In this document: positions 55,756-64,000 of the stretch, in pieces
Layout of the letters: every line of letters begins with the position of its first letter
Position numbering within the stretch: position 1 is the stretch's first letter
Made by a program: the position numbers and the translations under genes
Assembly (NCBI GenBank): GCA_964455875.1
Contig: CAYVYZ010000002.1
Span: 655 to 64,654 of the forward strand
From: an uncultured Planctomycetia bacterium
GTDB lineage: Bacteria > Omnitrophota > Gorgyraeia > Duberdicusellales > 4484-171
Reading direction: 5' to 3'
Length of the DNA stretch: 64,000 nt
The notes under the pieces: generated by a model
The model's input: the letters and a program-made list of their open reading frames with translations, nothing else
Databases searched by the model: none
Told to the model about the DNA's origin: nothing

Positions 55756-56922
55756 ATGTATGAATTAAGTGGAGTAGATAAAAAAAATAAGAGTGGTGGA
55801 GACCAGCAAGAACGAATTGAAGCACTAAGCCAGAAATTATTTGGTAAACCTGTAAAAGAAATAAAATACCTTTATGTAACGAATTACATTCACAAACAAT
55901 TATTAGATGAAGATTTAACAAGAACAGGACTTTATCAATGGATTAATGTTTTCAATGGTGAAGTAAAGTATCCTAGGGATGTCATAAACTATAATGATTA
56001 TGACATCGTCCATATTAATATGGCACCACAAGACGTCCATTTAATATATAAAGTAAGACAAGAAATAGGGGATAACTCAAAGACTAAGCTCGTGGTTAAC
56101 AACGATTTTACATCAGAGATGTGGGCTAGCTCGTATGATTTTCCACACACACTAGAAGCAATATTGAAGTATCCAGACATGATTTTTGGAACAGAATATT
56201 TTCAAGTAAGTGCTTTATCAGAGTTAGCGCATAGAAAAGTATACATTATACCGCATCCTGCAGATGTTAGAAGATTAAAAGCATTAACACCGTTACCAAA
56301 GAAACCAATAATTTCAACGATTTGGAGGCGATACGACAGGTTCGCTTATGTGCCAAGCCTTGTTGTTAGAAATCATGGTTTAACAACACAATTAATTGGT
56401 TATGACAAAGAGAAAGATAACAGATTTTTTATGACATCAACACTTTATGATTATGTGTTAGCAGGAACCAACTTTTTCGAGTTTTGTGACCAATTACGTG
56501 AAAGCAAAATAGTTTATGACCCATTTACTTTTCATAGTTATAGTAGAACAACAGTAGATACTGCGGCTATGGGAGTAGCTGTTGTTGGAAGCGACAGGAC
56601 ACAAAGTATGAAAATTTGTTATCCATACACTTGTGTCGACCCTTATGACGTATCCAGGGCAAGACAATTAATAAGAAGGTTGTTAGAAGACGAAGATTTT
56701 TATGAGTTGGTAGTCAAAACAGCTAAAGAAAAAGTGGAGTTTTACAATCACCAGAACTCAAGAGAAAGATTTTTAGTAGCGCTTCATGATTCAATTTATG
56801 GTAAAGAAGAAAAAAAAGAAGATATAAAAAAGAAGACCACTATCTCCAGAGGAAGAGGAGATGATGTGCTTGATTTACACGCAAATAGTATAACAAGAGG
56901 CAAGTCAAAGAATGAGCAATAA
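55756..56922 (+). CDS. GT-B glycosyltransferase-like protein inside the structural module
   Basis: YDIVHIN, IIPHP, YSRTTVDTAAMGVAVVGS. Confidence 0.65.
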   Translation: MYELSGVDKKNKSGGDQQERIEALSQKLFGKPVKEIKYLYVTNYIHKQLLDEDLTRTGLYQWINVFNGEVKYPRDVINYNDYDIVHINMAPQDVHLIYKVRQEIGDNSKTKLVVNNDFTSEMWASSYDFPHTLEAILKYPDMIFGTEYFQVSALSELAHRKVYIIPHPADVRRLKALTPLPKKPIISTIWRRYDRFAYVPSLVVRNHGLTTQLIGYDKEKDNRFFMTSTLYDYVLAGTNFFEFCDQLRESKIVYDPFTFHSYSRTTVDTAAMGVAVVGSDRTQSMKICYPYTCVDPYDVSRARQLIRRLLEDEDFYELVVKTAKEKVEFYNHQNSRERFLVALHDSIYGKEEKKEDIKKKTTISRGRGDDVLDLHANSITRGKSKNEQ

Positions 56923-57023
56923 AAAAACCAAAGAAAAAATAAGGACTAAATTAGAAATTAATAAGTTTTCACTAGGTTACATTTGGTTAAGACTTAAAAA
57001 GATTTTTAGTTAGGATTTTAAAA

Positions 57024-57377
57024 ATGGGACACATATTAGGAGTTCACTTCAAAGATTTTCAAAAATTATGTAAGAATCACAGAATTTATTATTATAAAGG
57101 AGAGGGTTTTTATGACTTGCATTTCATATCGGATGGGTTGATTGTTAAAACAACAATATTAGAGTCTCAAATAACAAACCCTGCTCAATTTTTTGCTGAC
57201 AAGATGTTTTATGGGGCAATACAATTAACGTTTCAACTCCCAGACCCAGATTATGATGCGGTTGTTAAAGTTGAAGGCGTAAAAATGCCTTTGGAGTCAC
57301 CGATTAAAATTAAGGAAAACTTACCAGAGGAAGTTAAAAGAACAAATATTCAACGGGAAGGTGTTGAAGAAGAATAA
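57024..57377 (+). CDS. Hypothetical protein
   Basis: ORF. Confidence 0.6.
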   Translation: MGHILGVHFKDFQKLCKNHRIYYYKGEGFYDLHFISDGLIVKTTILESQITNPAQFFADKMFYGAIQLTFQLPDPDYDAVVKVEGVKMPLESPIKIKENLPEEVKRTNIQREGVEEE

Positions 57378-57379
57378 AT

Positions 57380-57700
57380 ATGGCGACTATCCAAGATAGA
57401 CATAATCCATCACGGAAAGTAACTGTAACTGCCAACGGTGAATTAAAGATTATTGGCAACCAGCCTGATGGTAGTATACGGGTTACTGAAACAGGTGATG
57501 AATCTAAGATTATAGATGATGTGTCATCTACAAACATTACATTTTTTTGTTATGCGCCTCCAGGAACCGATGTTGGAAGCGCGGCTTGGAAGATTAAAAT
57601 CATTGATGAAACCGGAGGATATCCGGTGGTTAAATACGCAGATGGCGACGATGAGTATGACAACATCGCCGCTGATAGAAACAATTTATCATATTCATAA
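57380..57700 (+). CDS. Probable virion structural protein
   Basis: APPGT..SAAWKIK..YADGD..YDN..DR..LSY pattern seen in phage proteins. Confidence 0.55.
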   Translation: MATIQDRHNPSRKVTVTANGELKIIGNQPDGSIRVTETGDESKIIDDVSSTNITFFCYAPPGTDVGSAAWKIKIIDETGGYPVVKYADGDDEYDNIAADRNNLSYS

Positions 57701-57840
57701 ATAGGTAACACGCCATAGATTTGGCATATTGCCAAATAGTGCAAATTAAGATGTTACATAATAGATTTGATTAGAAAACAAACTATTTCATGCTACTTCT
57801 TAATTTGCAAAAGGCTATAATTAAAATAGGTGAATAACAT

Positions 57841-58071
57841 ATGAAAATACTAGATGTTAATAAGAACGAAAGAAACATAATAGATGGTAGTTTAAAAGTA
57901 ATTTCTCATGAGGTACCTGCTACAGGGCCTCATGCTAAAGAAGGAGAAACTATAAGTAAAAAATTTGTGCAGGTTATGATTAAACCTCATTTTGATACAA
58001 GAAGCCCGTACCCACAATTCATTCCATTAGACAAATTCAAGGAATTAAACCCAGATATTAAGTTGGAGTAA
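57841..58071 (+). CDS. Hypothetical protein
   Basis: ORF with RBS GGTGA. Confidence 0.55.
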   Translation: MKILDVNKNERNIIDGSLKVISHEVPATGPHAKEGETISKKFVQVMIKPHFDTRSPYPQFIPLDKFKELNPDIKLE

Positions 58072-58077
58072 TAATGT

Positions 58078-58353
58078 ATGAAAAAACCAGTATTGTCACA
58101 CCCAAGATATGTAAGGAAAGGTAAATGCCTTAGATGTGGATTTTGTTGTTTAAATGAAAATTGTGAACATTTTGAATGGATAGAAAAAGACGGTAAGAAA
58201 ATCGCTAACTGTAAGATATTCGGAAAACCCGAAAGACCTGAAAAGTGTGTTAATTTTCCGCAAGCACCTCCGTTGCTTAATCCCAAATGCGGTTATTATT
58301 TTTTAGATACATGGGAAAACAACAGGAAAGTTAAGATGGGAGGAGATTTGTAA
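58078..58353 (+). CDS. YkgJ-like Cys-cluster (Zn/Fe-chelating) protein
   Basis: CLRCGFCC, CEH, CKIF..RP..C..FP, CGY. Confidence 0.75.
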   Translation: MKKPVLSHPRYVRKGKCLRCGFCCLNENCEHFEWIEKDGKKIANCKIFGKPERPEKCVNFPQAPPLLNPKCGYYFLDTWENNRKVKMGGDL

Positions 58354-60383
58354 TGGCAGTAACGGTCGGAGTAACAGGAAACGTATTAACTATAAATACT
58401 TGCGAGGATGCAAGTCAATGGTTAGGAGAAACCCCGGTTGATGTAACAGATTTTTATAAAGAAGGAAGTCAGTGTGTTGGATTTACGGTCAGAGGTGTAG
58501 GAAATAACGATGTTACAATTAGTGGTAACTGGAATCTTTCGGGCAAACACCTTAGGTTCTGGTTAATGACTGTTGCTCTTAAAGAACTCGATACGGAAGC
58601 GAATGGTGGGGTTCAGGTAATTTTAGGAGATGGCTCGAATACAGGGTACTACACCGTTTTGGGAGGAGACACATACCCCGGTGGTTGGTATAATATTGTT
58701 CTTGATTGCGATAGAACACCTGACGCGGGTTCTCAACCCACATTAACATCTATTACAACCATCGGAGTTAGGTTTAAACATACCGCTAGCGCAAAAAACG
58801 CTCAAAACACATGGATAGATATGGTTCATTGTTGTGATGGTCTTTATGCCTACGGAGATGATGGAGGAAGCAGTTTTGATTTTGATGATATACTATCAGC
58901 AGACGAAGACATTACAAATGGTGGTTGGGGTGTTATAAGAAAAATAGGAGGCATTTATTACCTAACAGGTAAACTCGTTTTCGGTGATAGTTCAGGCACA
59001 AATTCATGTGATTTTACAGACACTAATAAAATAATTGTTTTCGAGAATAGACGAGTAGATTCAGGACTTTATGGAATAGAATTAGTAGATAATGGCACAG
59101 GCACCACTCAATTTCAATTAGGAACGAAATCAGGAGATAGGGGCGTGTCGGGTTGTGTCATATCTACAGAAAGTACTACACAAACTCCTAAATGGTATTT
59201 CGATGCTAAAACAGATACAGATGTTGATAATTGTAAATTATACGGCTGTACATTCCTTGATTCATCAACATTTGATTTACCTTTAAATGCCTCTAATGTT
59301 GAATCATTGAGTTGTACTTTTGAAGGATGTGGGGTAATTACACCTCAGACATCAAAAATGGAATATTGTAATTTCATTTCAGCAAAATCAGATGCTATGA
59401 CCATTAGTAGCACAACACTCAACGTCAAGTATTGCAATTTTATTAATCCTACTGATAACGCTATACAGATAACTTCGACAGGCGCCTATCAATTCTATGA
59501 TATGGTCTTTTCGGGTACAGGTGTGTCGGGTCCTTATGATATAGAGAATACCACAGCAGGATTAGTTACAATTCAGAATAATGGGGTTTCTAATGCTCAA
59601 TATTCAAATGAGACAGGAGGAGGAACAACTGAATTTCAGTCAACTAAAACTGTTTCGGTTCATGTAGAAGACCAAAGTGGTAATGCTATACAAGGTGCTC
59701 AAGTTTATATTCAGAAAGCCACTCCAGACGTATATACTGGTTCTGCTGCCGCAGATACTACTGGTAGCACAGCTTTCATTGTTAGAGAATCACTTGCGGC
59801 AGACATACCGGCTACTGGATGGATAAAAGTTAGAGACAATAGTGAAAACACAGAACAATTATACAGATATTCTAGTAAGGACAGCACCGCTAAAAAATTC
59901 ATTTTTAATACTAAGATTGGTCCTACTCCTTGTACGGGCACCGGTACAGGAACTAATATGGAAGATACTAATAATGACTTAACCGCATTAAATATTGTTG
60001 AAGGAGATACTATTAGGAATGAGACTGATAAGAGTTGGGCGACGGTGATAAAAGTTGCTAGCGCGGATAACATTTATACTACTCAACTAGTTGGTGGGGA
60101 AGATAATACTTGGACTAGTGGAGATAATTATTCTCTTCATAACCTAGCAACAACTTATAGTTCTGCAGACACCGTTTATGTGCCAATAATGAATGAAGAG
60201 ACAGATGTTGCTGGAAGCACATCGATGTCATATAATTACAGCACTGATGTTCCAATAACGGTTAGAATAAGGTTATCACCTTCTGGTAGCACCAGATATT
60301 TACCTTATAAAACCAGCGGAACAATAACAAACAGGGGTTATGAGGTAACAGCAGTATTAATAGAAGATGATATTGCTACATAA
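58353..60383 (+). CDS. Large virion structural protein (beta-sandwich plus beta-helix-like)
   Basis: G/T/S/D-rich; C.F repeats; C-terminal ~250 aa paralogous to 60694-63345. Confidence 0.65.
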   Translation: MAVTVGVTGNVLTINTCEDASQWLGETPVDVTDFYKEGSQCVGFTVRGVGNNDVTISGNWNLSGKHLRFWLMTVALKELDTEANGGVQVILGDGSNTGYYTVLGGDTYPGGWYNIVLDCDRTPDAGSQPTLTSITTIGVRFKHTASAKNAQNTWIDMVHCCDGLYAYGDDGGSSFDFDDILSADEDITNGGWGVIRKIGGIYYLTGKLVFGDSSGTNSCDFTDTNKIIVFENRRVDSGLYGIELVDNGTGTTQFQLGTKSGDRGVSGCVISTESTTQTPKWYFDAKTDTDVDNCKLYGCTFLDSSTFDLPLNASNVESLSCTFEGCGVITPQTSKMEYCNFISAKSDAMTISSTTLNVKYCNFINPTDNAIQITSTGAYQFYDMVFSGTGVSGPYDIENTTAGLVTIQNNGVSNAQYSNETGGGTTEFQSTKTVSVHVEDQSGNAIQGAQVYIQKATPDVYTGSAAADTTGSTAFIVRESLAADIPATGWIKVRDNSENTEQLYRYSSKDSTAKKFIFNTKIGPTPCTGTGTGTNMEDTNNDLTALNIVEGDTIRNETDKSWATVIKVASADNIYTTQLVGGEDNTWTSGDNYSLHNLATTYSSADTVYVPIMNEETDVAGSTSMSYNYSTDVPITVRIRLSPSGSTRYLPYKTSGTITNRGYEVTAVLIEDDIAT

Positions 60384-60388
60384 GTTAG

Positions 60389-60661
60389 ATGGAGGAATTA
60401 AAAATGCGTACGGACGATATTAAAAGACAATATTTTATAAATAATGATTATAAGGGGTTAAAAAGAGGTAAAAGAATTATGTTAACAAGAAAGGAGGCTA
60501 AACCACTTATTAATAACAGGGTGTTATTACCTTTTCGTGTTGCTGTAAGGCAAGGATTGGTAAAACCCACAAATGATGTTAGTTTCGTTGAGGAGGAACT
60601 AGAAGCAACAGTGAAAAAAATAAAGGGGGCTAAAAAGTCTTCAAGACGAAAAAAAGAATAA
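60389..60661 (+). CDS. Hypothetical protein
   Basis: ORF. Confidence 0.55.
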   Translation: MEELKMRTDDIKRQYFINNDYKGLKRGKRIMLTRKEAKPLINNRVLLPFRVAVRQGLVKPTNDVSFVEEELEATVKKIKGAKKSSRRKKE

Positions 60662-60693
60662 ATTAAAAATATGAAAAATAAAAGGAGGAAAAA

Positions 60694-63345
60694 ATGGCTA
60701 TTGGCGACGATTTTACGATAGACTACACGAACAAAAGAATATATCATTCAAGCGGTTCTACTGTTTATACGGTTAACGAACTTTATTCGTATTTACAGGA
60801 TACCTTTGATGAGTTAGTTCAAATGGATGACGAGGTGCCGATGAGCGCACAGACACCAACAGCTTATCGTATGATAAATGGTTGGTGGTTAGATATTAGT
60901 GAGCTTAGTCAAGCACATAAGTATTTAAAAGAAGGAGCAATAGAAACCAGTGGTTACGCTCACCCAACAAATCCGAACGGGATAAGGCTGCTTAAATTAG
61001 ATGGAACTTCTGGTTTAACAGCTAATGATATAGGGAAAACCGTGGAAGGAGTTACAACTGGAGACACAGGAACCTTACTAGGGTACGACACAACTCTGAA
61101 CTACCTTTGGGTAAGATGTGATGCCGCAGATGATTTGTTTGACAATACCTCTGAGGATATAAATGTAGACTCTGTTCTATGTGGAGCAATGAATGGAGTA
61201 GCTTCAACTAGTGGAGAAGAGTTATACGCAAACGTTTATACTCTGGGTACCATAGAATCAACGCCTGCCCCACAGATATATATTTTTCAGGCTGGGTCTG
61301 CTATTGCTGAGTGGAGTACATTATCTAATTGGGATAGGGGACATATTGATGTCCTTATTCAAGTTAAAGAGATGGGAACAGAAATAGATGGGGCACAAAT
61401 AACTGTTTTCGCCAGACAGCAAGGAGACCTGTTTGACCACTTCGAGATTGACTTATCAAACGGTGGTCGTAACGCAGTTCCATTGTCTACTCAAGCAGAT
61501 ATTAACAACACAACCCCAGACTACTATATTTTCTATGATAATGGTAACGGAACAAATTTCCAACCTTATGAAATCATACAAGATAGCTCTTCGTATGATT
61601 GGCAAGCAGAGGTTGTGACACAAGATGAGTGGACATCAGGAGTTGGTGTTCTTGGTATCAGAGGAGTTAAAGGTACTCCCGCAGATGGAGACTCGTTTAT
61701 TGGTTCAACAAGCGGAGCAACAGGAGATATTAATGCTAGTGGAACAGGAGTTCTTGGAACAGGTTACATAGCTTATAAAAACTGGTCTTCAGATTTTGCA
61801 ACAGGAGAACATATAGTTGGAAGCACGAGTTCAGCTAAGAGAAGACTTATTGGTATTTATGAAGATGTGTCAGACACTTCCGGTTATTTGCTTTATGATA
61901 CCAGTAGTGGTTTTACAGGAGCTAACCGTAGTGCTTTCTATAAACTATTTGAAGCAGATGAAAGACTTATTTCAACTAGTGGAGACGCCTATGCAAGCAC
62001 AGCACCAACAGAAGCCGTTGCAGGATTTGACGATATAACAGTAGCATTCGTTAATGGAACATGCGCTTATGGTACAAGCTCAGGAACATTTATCTATGGA
62101 GAAAGAGTAACATGGGGTAGTGATGAAGGAATCATCTTATATGATGATGGTTCTGGTGTGATGACTCTTGGAAATTGCTCTACAACCGCTTTTACTGGTA
62201 GTGTTGTTGGTGATATTTCTGGTGCAGAAAGAGCTGTTAATGGAAGAACATTAACGTCTGAACACACCATGAATAAAGCGTTTACACAGCAAACAGCTTA
62301 TCCATATGACATCATTATTGAGTGCGGTTCCATCTATGAAGCAGGCAGAACACTTGACCAAGTATATGAGTATCTGAAGTTTATAACCCAAGAAGACTCA
62401 ACGTTTTCAATGCATACTGTCGTATCAGGTGTTATTACCCCACTTGATGGAGAAGAATACATTCAAGCTTATACCGGCTACACACCAAAGAAGCAGGCAC
62501 CTTTCGGAACATTCGCAGGAGGAGTATTTTTTGGTGCTCAAGGAGTATGGCTGGAAGGAATGGACTCTAGTGATAATGAAAACTTCTCTTTGATAGATAG
62601 TAATGGTACGGTTAGAAACCCACCCACACAAGCAACCATGACAGTTACTTCATTGGTTTCTGGTGATAGGGTCGCAGTATTCCTTACATCAGGAGGAGAA
62701 ATAAATAAGACGCAGTATAACAGCATGGATTCTGGTAATAATGCAGGAAATACAACGTTTGTTATTGAAGAAGCTATAGCACAAGACACACCTAATAGTG
62801 GTAAAATAAGAGTTGTTGACGACGACTATTCAGCTTTTAAAGAACACAGGTATAGATATGCTAGTTGGAGTGGAAGCACGTTTAACCTTGTAACTGGGGC
62901 ATCTGGTAGTGCTAGCGCACAATCTAGTGGAGACGATTTATGGGATGACAGTGCAGATTTTGGCGGAACAGACGACGTCGAAGTTGGAGATGTGATTAGG
63001 AATACCACTGATGGTAGTTTTGGATACATTTATGATATTGCAAGCGCAACCAAACTAAGTGCTAAGTTATTTAATGGAACAAACAACGACTTTGGAGCTA
63101 ACGACAGTTATTACACCAACGTGTTAGGAACCACATATGATGATGGTGATACTGCTTATGTACCACTAATTGATGAAGAAGCGACTGGCACAAGCGTAGA
63201 AGAAACAGTTCTTTACTCTACAGACAGAACAGTGTTGATTAGGGTAAGAAAGAAAGGAATACTTCCATTTGAGACTACTGGTAACTTTACAAGCGCCGGA
63301 CTAACAGTATCTGCAATTAGAACAACAGACTCTATAGTATCATAA
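60694..63345 (+). CDS. Large virion structural protein (tail/appendage) with internal repeats
   Basis: Repeated F..GE.(I/V).G.TS.A modules; acidic, G/T/S-rich. Confidence 0.7.
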   Translation: MAIGDDFTIDYTNKRIYHSSGSTVYTVNELYSYLQDTFDELVQMDDEVPMSAQTPTAYRMINGWWLDISELSQAHKYLKEGAIETSGYAHPTNPNGIRLLKLDGTSGLTANDIGKTVEGVTTGDTGTLLGYDTTLNYLWVRCDAADDLFDNTSEDINVDSVLCGAMNGVASTSGEELYANVYTLGTIESTPAPQIYIFQAGSAIAEWSTLSNWDRGHIDVLIQVKEMGTEIDGAQITVFARQQGDLFDHFEIDLSNGGRNAVPLSTQADINNTTPDYYIFYDNGNGTNFQPYEIIQDSSSYDWQAEVVTQDEWTSGVGVLGIRGVKGTPADGDSFIGSTSGATGDINASGTGVLGTGYIAYKNWSSDFATGEHIVGSTSSAKRRLIGIYEDVSDTSGYLLYDTSSGFTGANRSAFYKLFEADERLISTSGDAYASTAPTEAVAGFDDITVAFVNGTCAYGTSSGTFIYGERVTWGSDEGIILYDDGSGVMTLGNCSTTAFTGSVVGDISGAERAVNGRTLTSEHTMNKAFTQQTAYPYDIIIECGSIYEAGRTLDQVYEYLKFITQEDSTFSMHTVVSGVITPLDGEEYIQAYTGYTPKKQAPFGTFAGGVFFGAQGVWLEGMDSSDNENFSLIDSNGTVRNPPTQATMTVTSLVSGDRVAVFLTSGGEINKTQYNSMDSGNNAGNTTFVIEEAIAQDTPNSGKIRVVDDDYSAFKEHRYRYASWSGSTFNLVTGASGSASAQSSGDDLWDDSADFGGTDDVEVGDVIRNTTDGSFGYIYDIASATKLSAKLFNGTNNDFGANDSYYTNVLGTTYDDGDTAYVPLIDEEATGTSVEETVLYSTDRTVLIRVRKKGILPFETTGNFTSAGLTVSAIRTTDSIVS

Positions 63346-63394
63346 AACTAATTTTTTATTTTTTATTTTATTTTTTTAGAACAGGGGCTAGTAA

Positions 63395-64000
63395 ATGGTT
63401 AATTTTGAATATGATAAAGTATCCAAAATTATAACGATACCTGATACGCAAGATTCTGTAACTATACAGGCTTTAATAGATGATATTAGGGATTTTGAGG
63501 ATGAGTTACATAACATGGAAACCTATAAGATAGCCGATGCAAGCGGTAAACAAGACCTTGGTGGAGGCACAGCGGTAGGTATAACACTTACACTTATAGA
63601 CTGGAAATTAAAGTTTGCAGATAGGCCGGGCCCAGATTATGTTCTTTGTAGTGTTTCGGGTGGTAATCTTGTTAGATACGATACTACCACACAGACATAT
63701 GGGAATCCTATTGAGCCTTCTGAATACGTGACAGTAAGTTTAACAGCATCTTCATCGGCCACTATATCCACCGTGGAACTTGAAGAATTGAATTATAATG
63801 GGAGTGTTTTTATTGATAGTGTTGGGGGGACAAGCGGAACTACTTATCCCATTGGAACAATGGCTAGCCCAGTAGACAACATATCTGATGCAAGAACGAT
63901 TGCGGATAGTTATGGAATCGAAGTTTTCCATATTCACGGAAGCGTCACGCTTGACACTAATTATGATAGTTTTATATTCGTGTCTGATAGTCCTGCTAAG
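63395..64000 (+). CDS. Virion structural protein, partial (runs off the window)
   Basis: Hand translation MVNFEYDKVSKIITIPDTQDSVTIQALIDDIRDFEDE...SGKQDLGGG..VGITLTL; N-terminus resembles that of 60694-63345. Confidence 0.7.
   Translation, partial: MVNFEYDKVSKIITIPDTQDSVTIQALIDDIRDFEDELHNMETYKIADASGKQDLGGGTAVGITLTLIDWKLKFADRPGPDYVLCSVSGGNLVRYDTTTQTYGNPIEPSEYVTVSLTASSSATISTVELEELNYNGSVFIDSVGGTSGTTYPIGTMASPVDNISDARTIADSYGIEVFHIHGSVTLDTNYDSFIFVSDSPAK

Noticed and set aside
376-63937. Numerous ORFs antisense to or nested in long genes (e.g. 4476-5279 +, 21932-22327 +, 52814-53350 -, 53855-54175 -, 63752-63937 -)
   Set aside because: Shadow frames of well-supported genes on the opposite strand; S/F/L-rich composition mirrors E/K-rich sense codons
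1-64000. tRNA/rRNA genes, integrase, transposase, reverse transcriptase/DGR
   Set aside because: No cloverleaf with T-loop consensus, no recombinase or RT motifs and no TR/VR pair recognised by eye; a tRNAscan run would be needed to exclude tRNAs fully
1-64000. Alternative genetic code
   Set aside because: Conserved genes are full length in the standard code and end at TAA, TAG and TGA

Overview
A gene-dense, AT-rich 64-kb stretch of a large head-tail (HK97-fold) virus of an archaeon. The archaeal host is indicated by RadA, RFC, a PCNA-like clamp, an AEP primase, recurrent BRE+TATA promoters (CGAAA-N2-3-TTTA[T/A]A) and GGTGA/GAGGTG ribosome-binding sites. Layout: (i) 1-12 kb (- strand) nucleotide metabolism and replication: intein-containing DNA methyltransferase, class II RNR, RFC, PCNA, RadA, AAA+ helicase-like protein, glutaredoxin. 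(ii) 12-35 kb (- strand) accessory/early region with many small ORFs, a Cas4-like nuclease, primase, ligase and a compact Ubl-E2-JAB-E1 ubiquitin-like conjugation operon. (iii) A repeat-rich, largely non-coding 32.7-35.4 kb control region, a candidate origin or genome end. (iv) 35-49.8 kb (- strand) sugar-nucleotide and glycosyltransferase cluster lying between the putative small and the large terminase genes. (v) 49.9-64 kb (+ strand) portal, prohead protease, scaffold, major capsid protein and large virion proteins. The most striking unexplained signals are the viral ubiquitin-like operon, nine unrelated small proteins around it that all end in the motif [IV]x(0-1)NW[KR]xx[IL], and a second group of early proteins carrying an acidic EFSF[ED] motif. 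All product calls come from motif recognition by eye; no database searches were run.
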